64,000 nt of DNA from Setoptus koraiensis. Taxonomy: Eukaryota > Animalia > Arthropoda. The position numbers were made by a program, and so were the translations under genes. The stretch covers positions 7,688,001-7,752,000 of the forward strand of contig CM106586.1 of the NCBI GenBank assembly GCA_048013815.1, given 5' to 3'. The notes beneath the pieces were generated by a model. That model did not search any database. It was not told the DNA's origin and saw only the letters and a list, made by a program, of their open reading frames with translations. Shown here piece by piece: positions 1 to 12,747 of this stretch (position 1 is its first letter; each line of letters opens with the position of its first letter).

Positions 1-483
1 ATTGTACTTGTTTGGCGCATCGCGCCCGCCGGTGCCCTCGCATGTTCGCATGCTCGTAGCGAGCCCCAGCGTCGGGCCCCAGCATCCCGACAGCGAGCCC
101 CGTTTAATGTGCGTGTCTGACTGTGTTCAATTTGCCATTCCGTGCCACCGATGATTTGTGTGACAGTGCGCGTCAAATCTCTCGAGAGATTGGCTATATT
201 ATCAGCGACACACAGACAGATTTAAATGGACAAAAGAACGAGTTCAGCCGGGGTCAGGCGCGCCGGGGTCAGAGTACAGTTACAAACAGTTCAATCCTTT
301 ATTAGTTGTTGTCACGACTAATAAAAGCTTCTTAAAACTAATAACTGACGCTCTGTTGCTCGCTGCGTTTGCCCGCTCTGGCCGCTCTTGTGGCACTTCG
401 ACACTGACAATTCATTTGCGATGCCTCATCAGCTGCTAATTTCTACGTGTCGCTCAGGCAATTGAGTAGCTGAGCTAGTTCCA

Positions 484-550
484 GTCGCTTTCGGTCGCTT
501 TCGGTCGCTTTCTGTCGGTTTCTGTTGGTTTCAGTCGGTTTCTGTTGGTC
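484..550. repeat. Degenerate 10-bp tandem repeat (gtcgctttcg-like)
   Basis: gtcgctttcg gtcgctttcg gtcgctttct gtcggtttct gttggtttca gtcggtttct, drifting stepwise. Confidence 0.85.
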
Positions 551-715
551 TCCGTTGGTTCGTTTGGTCGGTTCAGTCGGTTGGTTCACTCTGTTGGTTG
601 GCCCGCGACTAAATTGTTGAATTGTCGAATCGTGTCGCAGCGCCAACTCGCAGCCCGTTCGAATATAAATCTTGTCCGCTGCGCCGATGAGCATACAATG
701 GATATGCAATGATCA

Positions 716-763
716 CAATAGTTGTAAATAGTTGTAAATAGTTGCAAATAGTTGCAAATAGTT
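716..763. repeat. 10-bp tandem repeat (aatagttgta/aatagttgca)
   Basis: gttgtaaata x2 then gttgcaaata x2. Confidence 0.9.
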
Positions 764-1382
764 TTAAAAGATGCACCACAAAAGAGCAGTTCGACATGGC
801 CATTTCGGGCCGTGTTTCATTAGCATCAGCGAATTCGCTGGCTGCCAGTTGGGCCGCATTCTGAGCGCCTTTCGGCCGGTTCGGGCTCGCAAGTTCGAGG
901 CCGGCTTCAGTTGGAGCCCGAGTTTCGGCCCAGCCGAACCGAACCGGCGCTGTGCCGGATCCGCGCCAGCACACAACTCGTGCACAACACGAGCCAGTTT
1001 GTTGATTGGGCCCCATTGGCGATGTTTAATTTTCATTGTGGCACTCACTTTGACAGTTTGTGTGTGTGCGTGTGCGTGTGTGTGTGTGGCACAACAACGG
1101 GCTTCTGTTTGTTGTTGTGTCACCTATAATTAATTAGTTTGCATTAATCGGCCCGCTCGCAGTGGGCGCAGCAACGGCACAATATTTAGCAGTGAGCAAG
1201 CAAGCAATAGTTGGCGATAGTGCCCATATGCTGATTCCATCACTGATTGCAAACAGATAAGTTTGTTGGGGGCCCTACATTCGCACTGGCCGCCATTGGA
1301 TGGGCCAAATGGATCAGTTAACTTCGGTTGGTTTCGGTTGCTTGGCTGGGCGCGCTGCATTGGCCGCTGCACGACTGGCACG

Positions 1383-1532
1383 GCCCGAAATGAGCTCGAA
1401 ACGAGCCCGAAACGAGCCCGAAACAAGCCCGAAACGAGCCCGAAAAGAGCCAGAAACAAGCCAGAAATGAGCCCGAAATAGTCCGAAACAAGCTAGAAAT
1501 GAGCCCGAAATAGTTCGAAATAGCCCGAAACG
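1383..1532. repeat. Degenerate 11-bp tandem repeat (gcccgaaacga-like)
   Basis: About 13 units such as cccgaaatgag, cccgaaacgag, cccgaaacaag, ccagaaacaag. Confidence 0.9.
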
Positions 1533-2468
1533 AACGCAACCGATTGCACTTTGAAGGGCCCCAATTGAATTAGTTGCATCAGCGATTCAATCGACTGCCT
1601 CTATCCAATTTAACGCTCCACTGACAGGTGCATCAATCTAATCTCGATCAGGCAGCAGCCCGCCATTCACTTTAATCTGGCAACTGTAAACTGTTAACTG
1701 TAAACTGCTGTCCGTTGCCGGATAAAGCACTTCACAGTGGACAGTATGGGCCGCCAACCAGGGGCGGCCTTGAGCAGTCAGTGACAGCTAAAGTCAATAC
1801 AACAAAAAGTGCACAATTTAAAGTTTTTCCGACAACAACAAATCAGTGGAGTGGCCAGTGATTTTTGGCCATCGCTTTGGGTTTCGTTCGAGGTTGAGCC
1901 CGCGATGCTGAGGGGCCCACAGGGCGACACACACAAGCACATTACATTATAGTTTGGCGGCGCAGAGGATTTATCGCCCATTGATTTTATCATATCTCTG
2001 TCCGTCCGACAACTGAAACCCAAAGCTACAATCGCATTGCAGTTAACTGCTGCCGCTGCAGCTAATACTTAATGAAATTATCATATTGTCAGCGTTCGGT
2101 GTGCCCGAACACTCGAACACCGACAACTGACAATACGCGTCTGACAATCAGCTGGCGAGCATAGGTGACGAGCGCGGATTTACCTTGTTGTTGTTGTTGC
2201 TGTTGTCGTTGTTGCTGTTGTCGTTGTCGCTGCTGTCGTCGTTGTTGTTGTCGTTGTTGTTGTTGTGCGGTGTCAGTTGGCAGCATCACTGTCTGATTGA
2301 GCGTCAGTGGTTTAGAGAAAGTTGATACACCGCAGATATTTTATGCACCGCAGATAGTTTATATAGCATCGACGTGGACAGCGAGAGGCAGGAATCACGC
2401 TAGAGTGAAACGCAGGCGACAGAGATTAATCTCAGCATCGCCGGGCAACATCAGTTTTGGAAGGCACA

Positions 2469-2577
2469 ATGAGAATGGGTGCCGTTCGGAATCAGTTAGA
2501 ACCAGATTCTAAATCGAGCCAACCCAATCTCTGTCTGCTCGTGCCCCCGGTACCGACTGGCGGCCAAGCAGGTAAGT
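2469..2577 (+). other. Orphan candidate first exon (ATG to strong splice donor), partner exons not found
   Basis: ATG 2469 opens MRMGAVRNQLEPDSKSSQPNLCLLVPPVPTGGQA(G) and runs into CAG|GTAAGT (donor at 2572). The local sequence is not low-complexity, and an Inr-like TCAGTT lies at about 2273. No downstream exon identified. Confidence 0.25.
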
Positions 2578-4545
2578 AATCTTTCACTTTATCTGTTGGC
2601 AAACCAACGAGCAGTGGCGGCCAGAGATTTCGGGTTCAACTTTTCGGATTTTCGAAACTGGCCGCTGGCGCAAACACTGGCCGCGATGCCGCAAATTGCA
2701 GAGTGAAATTGCAGACAGAGACAATACATAGCAGTATATAGCGACAATTTCGAATCTATATAGGCTTGTCTGCGCCGTCGTCGCTCAAACAAGGTCGCTC
2801 CGGCGACAAACTGAAACAACAAGTTAACAAGCGGCCCCAAAGTCACCTTTCAATGGGGCGCCAGCACTATCTATGCGGACGTCAAGAAGGCAAGTGGCCC
2901 ACTTGAAGTGGGCAACAACCACTGGTTGCTCTCCAGTGCTGTGTCGCATTTTCCAGCAGAGGCTGTGTTGTGTTTGATTGAGATCAGCAGCGATTTCTCG
3001 CTCACCTCTGAGTCACAAGTTCTGACGCAACAGGAAGTGGCCGCTGTGATGTGAGTTGAAGTTTGCAAAGTTAACAACGTTGCACCGTTTGACAGTTGAC
3101 AATTGACAGTTGCACTGCACTGCCCATGAGGGTGCCGCGCCATTCGCCATTCAATGAAAATTTCGAAGCAGCGAAATGAAGCAAAATCGTCGCCGTCAAA
3201 TCGACAGTGGGCCCAATGTTTGTATACGCTGTCTGTGCTGTTAATGACAGATTTTCTTGACTTTGTGGCCGCCAATGACGCTCAAGTTAATTTTTGTCGG
3301 CCGTCGGTGGTCGGCGGTTGGTTTGGTGGTTGCTGGTGGCGTCCCAGTTGTCGGCGTGCAGCAAACTCCTAAAAACTCCTAAAAACTGCTAATGTGACGG
3401 CGATAATTCTCTTTTGATTGCTGTCGCGCAAGCACTTGCGACAATTGCCGTCGAGTTGTCCGACAGCCGCACTTCGGACACCGTCGGCGCTGGGCGCGAA
3501 CCCGCCACAAAGAGGCCGCGCGAAGTGAGCGAAATGGCAGCAGAAAAACACAAGAAAACAAGCCGAGAGAAAGAGAGAGGCACCAAAGTCGACGCACTGA
3601 CACGAGCAGAATGGCACAATGAAAAACGCGAAAAAGCCCGATGCACGTCAGACAAATTCGATACAAATTCTGGTTACAAGTTGGCCCTTTTTGCGCAGTC
3701 ACGTCTACCGTCTACGATCGTCCGCTATGAGTCATTCGGGGCAAATTTTTCTATTTGTGTTCGAAGGAATGAAACGAAAAAATGAACCAACAAAACGAAG
3801 CAAAAAAATGAAACAGAAAAACAAAAAATGAGTGTCAAACCGCGAAATGTGACAGTGTGCGCGCCTCTAACAAGTGTCTGATGGATTTCGCTGATTGGAT
3901 GATTCGTGTTTTCTTTCTTCGAAAAGTTGCCGGCTGCAGCCGAAGAGCGGAAGAGTTGCCCGAGGTGCGTTGTTTCGAGCGCGAGCAAAACGAGCGGGCG
4001 CCATCTGAGGTGTCAATCATGCAAAACATGAATGGAATGGGGAAATTTCGAATGGTTGTGTCGCCCACACAATGCGCTCTTTTCGCCGGTGTTTTCGCCT
4101 TTTCGCAGTGTTTTCTACTCTTGTGGTTCGTTTTTCGCTGTTCAATTATGCAACAACCTCACATGTTACACTCGTATTAGTTGGTTGGGTCAGCGTAAAG
4201 GGTTCTCCTCGCGAAGTGGTTCGCTGTTTGCGCGCCGTTGCCCGGTTGTGCCCGTCGCCCAATTGCGCTCGTGGCGGCCGATCGAAACAATCGCAGCAAC
4301 CGAAAGAGCCGAGAGAGTCGAAAGAATCGCGAGAGCCGACAAGAGGAAGTGACAATCACGCAATGTGCTGCCCGTCACAAGAGGCCAATGTCAAACACTG
4401 ACATATTGAGGTTACCGCGAAAGGTGCGCGCAAACTGGCCGCTCGATCTTGCAAGTTGCAAACCGAGATTTGTTTTTCGCTAGATGCCGCGCCATTGTCT
4501 TGGGCTGGCACGTCAGCAAAGCGTCCGAAGAGCGTCGCGAGAGCG

Positions 4546-4626
4546 TCGGAAAAACGCCGAAAATCGCCGAAAAATCGCCGAAAAATCGCCGAAATAGCGC
4601 CGAAAAAGTGCCGAAAAAGCGCCGAA
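4546..4626. repeat. Degenerate 11-bp tandem repeat (gccgaaaaatc)
   Basis: cgccgaaaatcgccgaaaaatcgccgaaaaatcgccgaaatagcgccgaaaaagtgccgaaaaagcgccgaaag. Confidence 0.9.
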
Positions 4627-7310
4627 AGAAGCTCGCGAGTGACAGATGAGCGGCCGGCGGCAAGGCTGAGCGCCCCATTCCGATGAGCCTGTTCCAATGA
4701 GCCCATTCGCCGATGAGCGAATGTGAGAAAGATTAAGATTTGTCGCCGCTGGTCAGTTTGATTTTGCTCTGCTCGTGCCAACGGCATTCGGGCCTCTTTT
4801 TATTGGTTTGGTCAGCTAACGCGGCTGCCGCTCGGACGTGTTCGGCGATTGTGATTGGGGCCTAATCTCAACCAGCAACAACAACAACAACAACAGCAAT
4901 ACGATTACGCGACGATGTCTAATGTGTGTGCGTGTTTCACGTGTTGAAATGAGATTAGTTTCATTGCTAATTCGTGTGGCTGCCGTGTTGTGGGGCCCGG
5001 CGCTAATTCCCAAGCTGCCACTGGTTTTCTAGTGGCGGCCACAATTGGCAATGTGTTGGCAATTGGCGCCAATTGAGGCGAGACTTGCAACGCGGGCTAA
5101 TCGCTCCAATCACAGTCAGTATGTTTTTTGTGGCAATGTTTCGCCGCAACAAACTGATTGTTTGTTGCCCACTGACGAATGTGTGTGAAGAGCAAGGTTA
5201 ATGAACGAAGGTTATGATGTCATAATCACTTTAGCGGTCGACAAAATCCGACGCATTATACATGTCGCGCGTATTATGTCGGGCGTTCGCTGGCGATTCG
5301 CTTGTGAGCTCGTGCGCGGCGTGTGCCGATTTAGAAAGCTCGGGTCCCATGGCCACATTCATTGATTATGTAATACGTAACAACACGGAGATAGATGGGC
5401 CCGCAGAATGCGCCGCGTAGAGAGAGAGAGTGTGGATGAGGGATGAGAAATTGCAAATTGATTTGCACTAAATAGAGAGCGCCAGCGTGACTAATATCTG
5501 ATCATTGGTTTAACAAGATCAATTTGCATACCGGCAGCGCTCACAAGGGCACTCGACGGGCCGAGGATGTCGCTCGGTCGCTGGCGATTCTCACTGTCTC
5601 TGGCGCGCAATCGCGTAAAAAATGATCGCTAATACTCGTGTGAAGATTCGCCCGCTGGCACAATGGAGCCTCAATGGCGCTGGCATCAATTGTGTATCAA
5701 TTGTGTGCGCCGATTGCGTGTGTCAATTGTGTGTCAATTGCGTGTCAGCCGACAACCACCGACCGACAAGCAGCGGCCAACAAGCGACCGCAACACCGCC
5801 AACGCCGACGCCAACAACAACAACAGCAGCAGCACCAACACCAACAACAGCAACAACAACGAAAACAACAGCAACATCAACTACAACAGCAACAACAAGT
5901 GTCGCCCGGCCGAGGAAGCGGAACAACTTAAGCTCAACGTTGTCGCGCGTCTCGTCGTCGCGCGCCTCGTTGTCGGGCCGTCGAGTCGCGGCGCCATCCA
6001 CGGCAGCTGCAAGCAGTGATCAGCTGACGATTGGGGCTCGGCTCGGTATTGGGGCCCCGCTCGAGATGGAAAGTTGTCAGTGGTGGCTGGCTCACGATCG
6101 CGGGCCGGTCGATCAAATCGATTGAGTCGTCGCGCCGAGTTGCGCCACGACGCAACACGACGATTTGGCACAATTGAATGGGGCCCGTCCGTCCATTAGT
6201 GCTCATTAATGCCACGTGCTTGGCCGGCTTAAGCTCGCGCATCGCGATAACAGTCGACGACGACGACGACGACAATCTGTATCTCGGCAACAACCAATTT
6301 TCACTGGCCGCTTTTGCCGTTGCGCAACATCTTCCGCGACGACAACGACAGCAACAACAGCGACAGCAACAACAGCAACAGCAACAACAGCGACAGCAAC
6401 AACAGCAACGACAGCGACGACGACGACAACAACAGTTACGACACACTGACAATGATTGTGAGTACAATTGTCATTGGCCGGCGCACATTACGTAACATTT
6501 TATATTACGATGTGTATGTAATAGGTGCAGCTACATATCGCAATGGGAGCAGTTGCAGCAATAAATTACTGGCCATCTCGTTTGGCGCCACCTAGCGCCG
6601 CCTAGTTGGCCGGTCGTGATTTTGATCGTTGGGCCCCGCGTTGAGTGTGGGCGCCCGATGATGGAAATGGCCCAAATCACGGTCGTAAAGAGCGCACTTA
6701 TCACCATCGACTATCCCCAGCCCACCGTGATATATGTGTAATATGTAATACTCAACGTATATATATTACCTAATATATATATACCGACAGAAGGGGGCGT
6801 TTTTGGGGTGCGTCGTTAGGTTGGCAAACAGCGCCAGCAATATTTGATTGGAGTAGTCAGATTAGATTAGGCAATAGATTTCTGGCTGTGCAAATCTCAG
6901 TCAGGTTGTCGTGGCGCCATTGTATGTTGGGCATTGTGTTGTTTGCCCCATTGGCTCAGTGGCTCAGAGGCCGATTTTGAGCGAGGCACTGGGCCAATGG
7001 GGCCCTAATGGGCCCCACTGAAATAACTGAAATACTCAAATAAGCGAAATGCCAAAACGAGCGAAATGCCAAAATAACCGGACTACCAAAATAACCGGAA
7101 TACTGGATAATGTTCGCCTCCGCGGCGCAGTTTATTTTGCAAGAAAGTTGTAGTTGTTTTAGTTTTGGCTAATGATAAATAAACACAGTGGCGGTTCAAT
7201 ATTTATATAGTTGAGTTGTTGATAATAAACAGCACTGGATAATGTCATCATGCGCCCCGCCGGCCGTACGTGGATAGTTACGCAAACTACAGCCACTGAC
7301 AGTAGCCAAT

Positions 7311-7385
7311 TGACAGCGTCCAGTTGACAGCGGCCAGTCGACAGCGGCCAGTCGACGGCGGCCAATTGACAGCGGCCAATTGGCA
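7311..7385. repeat. 14-bp tandem repeat (gacagcggccagtc-like)
   Basis: gacagcgtccagtt gacagcggccagtc gacagcggccagtc gacggcggccaatt gacagcggccaatt. Confidence 0.9.
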
Positions 7386-8298
7386 ATCACGCCGGCCATC
7401 ATAACAGCGCCGGGCGCCCAAATGGCGTGGGTGGACACCAGCGGCGCTGGCCCACTTCTCGTCTTGGTTGTTTTCGAGTCGGTGCCGGGCCCGCTGTCGG
7501 CCGGCCCGGCGCCTTATGTCACTCGGCGCCGTCCGCTGGCACGCGCTACCCGGGCCGCTCGTGCGCTGCTCGTCCATGATACCCTCGAGTTGTCAGTGGC
7601 GCTTATCTATCTGTCGCCGCGCTCGGACCTAATTAAATGTGTCCCTCGATCTTTTTAATGGCCGCTCGTTTCGCTTTCGATCGTCCGCTCCGGTCGCGCG
7701 CCGTCCCGTCTGGTGCCGCGCCGGGCAAGCTGCCGCAACAAATCGATATCGGGCCGCGTATCTACGCGCGCGATATGCGTGCCCAGTGCGCGCCGCAGTG
7801 GCCACTTCGCCACGACACAAACAAATCGCAAAACAACCGAATGACACAATGACAAAACAACAAAATAAAAAACCAGCCGCGATAATCATTATTCAACACC
7901 AGCCAATCTGGCGATTAAGTGAACAGCGCCGCAAAGTGACCACTGCCATAAATAGAGCGGCCCGGCACCGCCGACGCAATCGCCGGCGCTCGTCGCCGGA
8001 GTTGTTGGCGAAGTTGTTGCCGGAGTTGTTGTAAAATTGTTGTCGCTGTCGTCGGCGGACAGATGCAACGAGCGGCGTTTGACGCGAGCAGCGTTGTCTC
8101 TCTGATTTGATAACACCATTAAACGAGCAACCATTCAAAACAAATGCTCAGCTGACACAATCAAGTAGGTAAATCATTGTCAGCCTCTCACGAGCGCTCT
8201 CGACTTCACTCTCGCTGGGGCCGGTCGCTGCCGAAAACAACAAACAACAGGCTGCATAATTACGAGCCGGCGGCCGTGATTTGCGGCCACTCACCGCT

Positions 8299-8474
8299 GT
8301 TTTGGGGCGCAATTCGGACAGAATTGCGCCCCAAAACTGTTGCAAATTCGGACAGAATTCTGCCCAAAACTGTTGCGAATTCTGCCCCGAAACTGCTGCG
8401 AACTCGGCCCGAATTCTGCACAAAAACTGTGGCGAACTCGGCCCCAATTTTGCCAGAATTCGCAACAGTTTCGG
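8299..8474. repeat. Fold-back minisatellite (11/22-bp units with inverted copies at both ends)
   Basis: Perfect 17-bp inverted repeat 8299-8315/8321-8337, then gaattctgcccaaaactgttgc-like units. The terminal gaattcgcaacagtttcgg is the reverse complement of an internal unit. Confidence 0.85.
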
Positions 8475-8878
8475 CGCGACGGAACGCGTTACGCTGTCGC
8501 CATTTATCGAGTCGCTGTTGGGCGACACCGGGCTCAGCGCCGGTGTGCAGTGCACGTAGCGCGACAGTGCGCTGTCGCGATGGGGCCGCACCGCGAGGCG
8601 CCAGCACGTGTGGCGAACTGTGGCCGAACTGTGGCCGAACTGGCCGAACTGGCCGAACTGGCCCCAGCCCAGTTGTGAGCCGACTGACCGGTGGCCGCAG
8701 AGGAGAGGAGAAATTTTGAGAAATTATGCAAGTTTTTGTTTGTGGGTGACCGCTGAAAAAACAAAGTGACCGCCTATAGATAGACTCAATTCATTATGGC
8801 CCCCTGGCAAAAGCCAGCGAATGGCGCCTGCCATCGTAACGAGATTTGAATGCACACTGCGGTGTCAGTTGCGGCTGG

Positions 8879-8894
8879 CGCGCGCGCGCGCGCG
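8879..8894. repeat. (CG)8 microsatellite
   Basis: cgcgcgcgcgcgcgcg. Confidence 0.95.
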
Positions 8895-11116
8895 AACGGG
8901 AGAAGTGACCGGAAATTGACCACTGGATAAATGAGGCATAAAAAATGATGATAGTGCAGTTCTTTTGTTGTTGTTGTTTTGTGTCGCGCTCAACAACAAC
9001 AATAACGCATTACGCTGCACCGTGCATTATGTGCAACAGTGGCGACAACAATATTGCTGCCAGATATCATTTAGTATCGTTTCGGGCGCACACAGATTTC
9101 GGGCCCCAAAAATGAAATATCTCGTGAGCGTCGCCTTAGTCAGACTTTAGTCGGACTGCGGGACGGGCGGGCAAACAGGGCCAGCGCGAGACAAATCATC
9201 GACGGGATGATATAGTGCTCGCAATATGTTTCGCATTGTTGCCAGTGGACAAGTTTTGCGTTAGCGCGTGTCGTCACCATTGATTGGTCGGCCGGCCAAT
9301 TGCGAGCCGAGTTGTGATTAATATAGTGCCAGTGTGTCACATAAATTAGCTTAATTGCGGGGGCGTTCACTGTGGCTTGTGGCTGGCGAGTGGCCGGGCT
9401 GCGGGGCTACGGAGTTGCGAAGTTAGGGAGTCGCGGAGCGGCCCGGTTGCCCGGCGGTCGCTGGCGATATTCACTGAAGCTGGCGATATTCACTGAAGCA
9501 AAACTGGCAGCGTTTTGTTGGCGCTGCCGAGTGACAGATAATAACACTAATGCAATAGTGTTATTATCCGTGGCCACGCCGCCAGAAAAATGATACGCGA
9601 AATGGCTGCCCATTGGCGCCGCATGAGCACGACGACACCGACACCGACAACAGCGACAGCGGCAACACCGACGACACCGACGACACCGACGACAACGACA
9701 CCGACAACGGCGGCGACACCGACAACGGCGGCAAATTCACTTGGCGCAAACTCACTCAGCTGAGAGAGGTGAGGAGGCGAAAACAAAAATTGATTTCTGC
9801 ACATGTCGCTATTAATCATAGGTTAGGGGCGCTGATATTTATTAATTGAGCCCGTTGTCTCTGCGACTCGCAGTCGGTTGTTGCGGCGCGGCCGCAATTA
9901 TGCCCGCTCGGCGGCCATATTTTACGCGGCCACCGGTCGGGCCGAAGCGCACGCTGTCAGAGCCGCACACTGTCCGAGCCGGACTCTGCCAGAGCCGGAC
10001 ACTGTCCGAAATGGTGCGCGACACCCATGGCGACATTTTCGGCGGCCGCTGGCGCCTACAAGCACTGGTCAGTGGCGCAAGCAAATTGTCGCGAGCAAAT
10101 TGTCACAAATGATTGCGGCGGCCCGGTAATTGGCGTACGATTGTCGCCGTGGCACTTGCAATCGCACTAATGAACGTCAATCTGTTGGCGTGGCCACTAG
10201 GCTCATTGAAATGTGACAGCCAGCCGCAGATATTATATCATTGTTGCGAAATGTGCGCTGTTCCGGCGAAGTGAGCAAGCGGCCGCCGTCCGCGATCGCC
10301 CGCGATCGTTTGTGATCGGCCCGAGTCGTCCGAAACTGTCCGAAGCCGGCCGAGCCCGCCCGGAATCGTCCCAAACAGGCCAAAATCGCCCGAAGTTGCC
10401 CGAAGTTGCCCGAAACCGGCCGAAATCGCAGTCGCAATGCCGCGCGCGCGCGACCACCCGTTCAGCCGGAGCCGGGCCCGACCGAGCGCATCGGCGGCGC
10501 CAGAAACGGATCGGTGGCCGCAACAGTGTCGCGCAAACTGCCCGACACAAACAATTGGAGGGCGTGTGCCGCAGATTATGCAACACTTGTCATAAGTGGC
10601 GCGAATCGGTTGTTACATCGCATTGTGTCGCAATCATTGTCAGCGGTCGTCACAACTTGTCGCGTCGCTTGCGTCATGTTTGCACCTGACGCGATCATTA
10701 TTATAATGCCACAGTGGCCGCTGTGGCCGCCGTTGTCGCCGGGATCATGTTGTTGCGTAAGCGCCAAATACATTAATTTTGCTTACATAATAATTATAGT
10801 TAATTAACTGAACCACATCGCGTGGCACGCCGTGTATACGGCAGTAAATTGAATTATGACGCTGGCCACACGACCGCCGTCATGTTCGGCGCCAATCGGT
10901 CCGGCCCGGCCCGGCCCGGTAATCGATGGTTTGTTGGTTGGTGGCGCCATCTAGCGCGGGCCCATGTGCGCCAGCACATGGAGCACACGGGGCCACAAAT
11001 TGATTGTTAACAACTGCCGCCGGTGACATTCAACGTGCACCAACGTTCTAGGTATCAACGGGCAGTTCAATGTATGTTGAATTGCGTTTGGCGCATCATG
11101 CAATGTATACAATGTA

Positions 11117-11231
11117 GGCTATTATGTAATGCATACATATGTGTATTATGTAATGCCGATATATGTGTGCATTATGTAATGCCTATTTATGTGTGTGTGT
11201 GTTATGTAATGCATATATTATGTAATGCATG
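11117..11231. repeat. Degenerate repeat carrying five RTTATGTAAT cores
   Basis: attatgtaat at 11121, 11145, 11171, 11217 and gttatgtaat at 11201, each followed by gc. Confidence 0.85.
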
Positions 11232-12747
11232 CCAGCATCAGCGAGCACCAACAAACGAGTGAGCGATAGCGATCTTGTTGTCGAGCAAGTCACTTCCTTT
11301 ATTGTTGGCCCCCTTTATTGTGTAGCTGCCTCAGTGTCAGTTTGTGTAGTTGTCAATTGTCTGGGCACGATCACTATCAGCGCAACTATCAGTGCGTCTC
11401 ATATGCAAATTTAAATTATCAACATCGGACATCGATGATGCAACTACACATGCAGTGTGTGACATGCTCATCAGGTTAAGTAAATGGCACGTGAATTGTG
11501 CAACAGCGACGTCGCTGTTGCCTAATGCTCGACGCACGTGTCTTGTTGAGCATTTGTTTTTGTTTTGGTCGAAACTTGTTTTGTTATGTTTTGTTTTGTT
11601 GCTTGCAACGGCAACTGTGTTTGTTTTTAACCGTTAGCTAATTGATGACGCAATCGTTGTTCAACATGATTCTTTTTTGCGCGTCATCATGTACGTTTTT
11701 TGCCTCTCACTCTCTCTCTCTCTCTCTCTTTTGTTCTGCTTGGGCTGATTAACCGTTCCATATTTCACATCTTTTTTCGCTGTGTTTGCCCGCCGTGAGT
11801 TGGTTGGCAGGCAAATTCGAAGAAAAAGATGCAAAAAGATGCAAAATTGCAAAATTTGCAAAATTGAAGAGCAAAACTTTTTCCTCGACACACCGCAGCA
11901 GCAGTAGCGCCAGTGCAACGCAAAAAGAGGATACAGTTTCATGATTGATGAGTCAATCTGAGCACGTGGACCCCCACAGTGTCGTTTAGCTCAGTCATGC
12001 CAGCCTGATCATGTTCATATTCACGTATCATTCACGTATTCATGTTTCGTAGGGCCATGTTCAGCATGGCTGCATGAAAGAGTACGCCGATTCGAAAACT
12101 CATTCATATCCACCAGATCGGACTGCGCTCACACATTCACTATTCCACACATCCAGTGGCCCATATTTAGTATCACATTAGCATTACGTAAGCAGTTAAA
12201 CGGTTGCCAGTTGCCAGCCCCAGTTGGTGCCGTCGACTAGTATCAATTGGCGGCAACGCTGAAGCCAACTGTGCAACCCACTGATAATGAGAGGCAATTT
12301 TCGTCTTGTTTACCCTCGACACTTGCTATCAATTGCGTCACAGGCTGCGCTGAAGGATTAAAAGTAATTGGGGCAATTTCATGCACTTGTTCCGCCACTG
12401 TTGTCCCATGTAGTGGCTGTAGTAGTGTTTGTGTTTATGTGTGTTGTGTTGCGTTGCGTAATAAGTAAATAAAGTGTTTTTTTTGCCATCCACTTGCCCA
12501 ACTCGCCAACTTGCCTACTTGCCTACTTGCCTACTGCCGGTTGACAGTGAGCCACTGTCAGCTGGCAGCAATTGGCAACCAGTCATGTATAAACTAACAA
12601 TCATTATCATTAAGAATCTTTATTATGATTATCATCATTTATTTCATCTCTGCTTACCATTGCGCTCTTTTGTGTCCCTCTCCGTACACAAATAAACAAG
12701 CAAATATTGTTTTGAGAGAGAGCGAGCGAGTTGTCATATGAGAGCAC

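Noticed and set aside
5622-6595. PolyQ/polyT/polyN ORFs in all frames
   Set aside because: Trinucleotide microsatellites that are open in multiple frames, with no splice or domain support.
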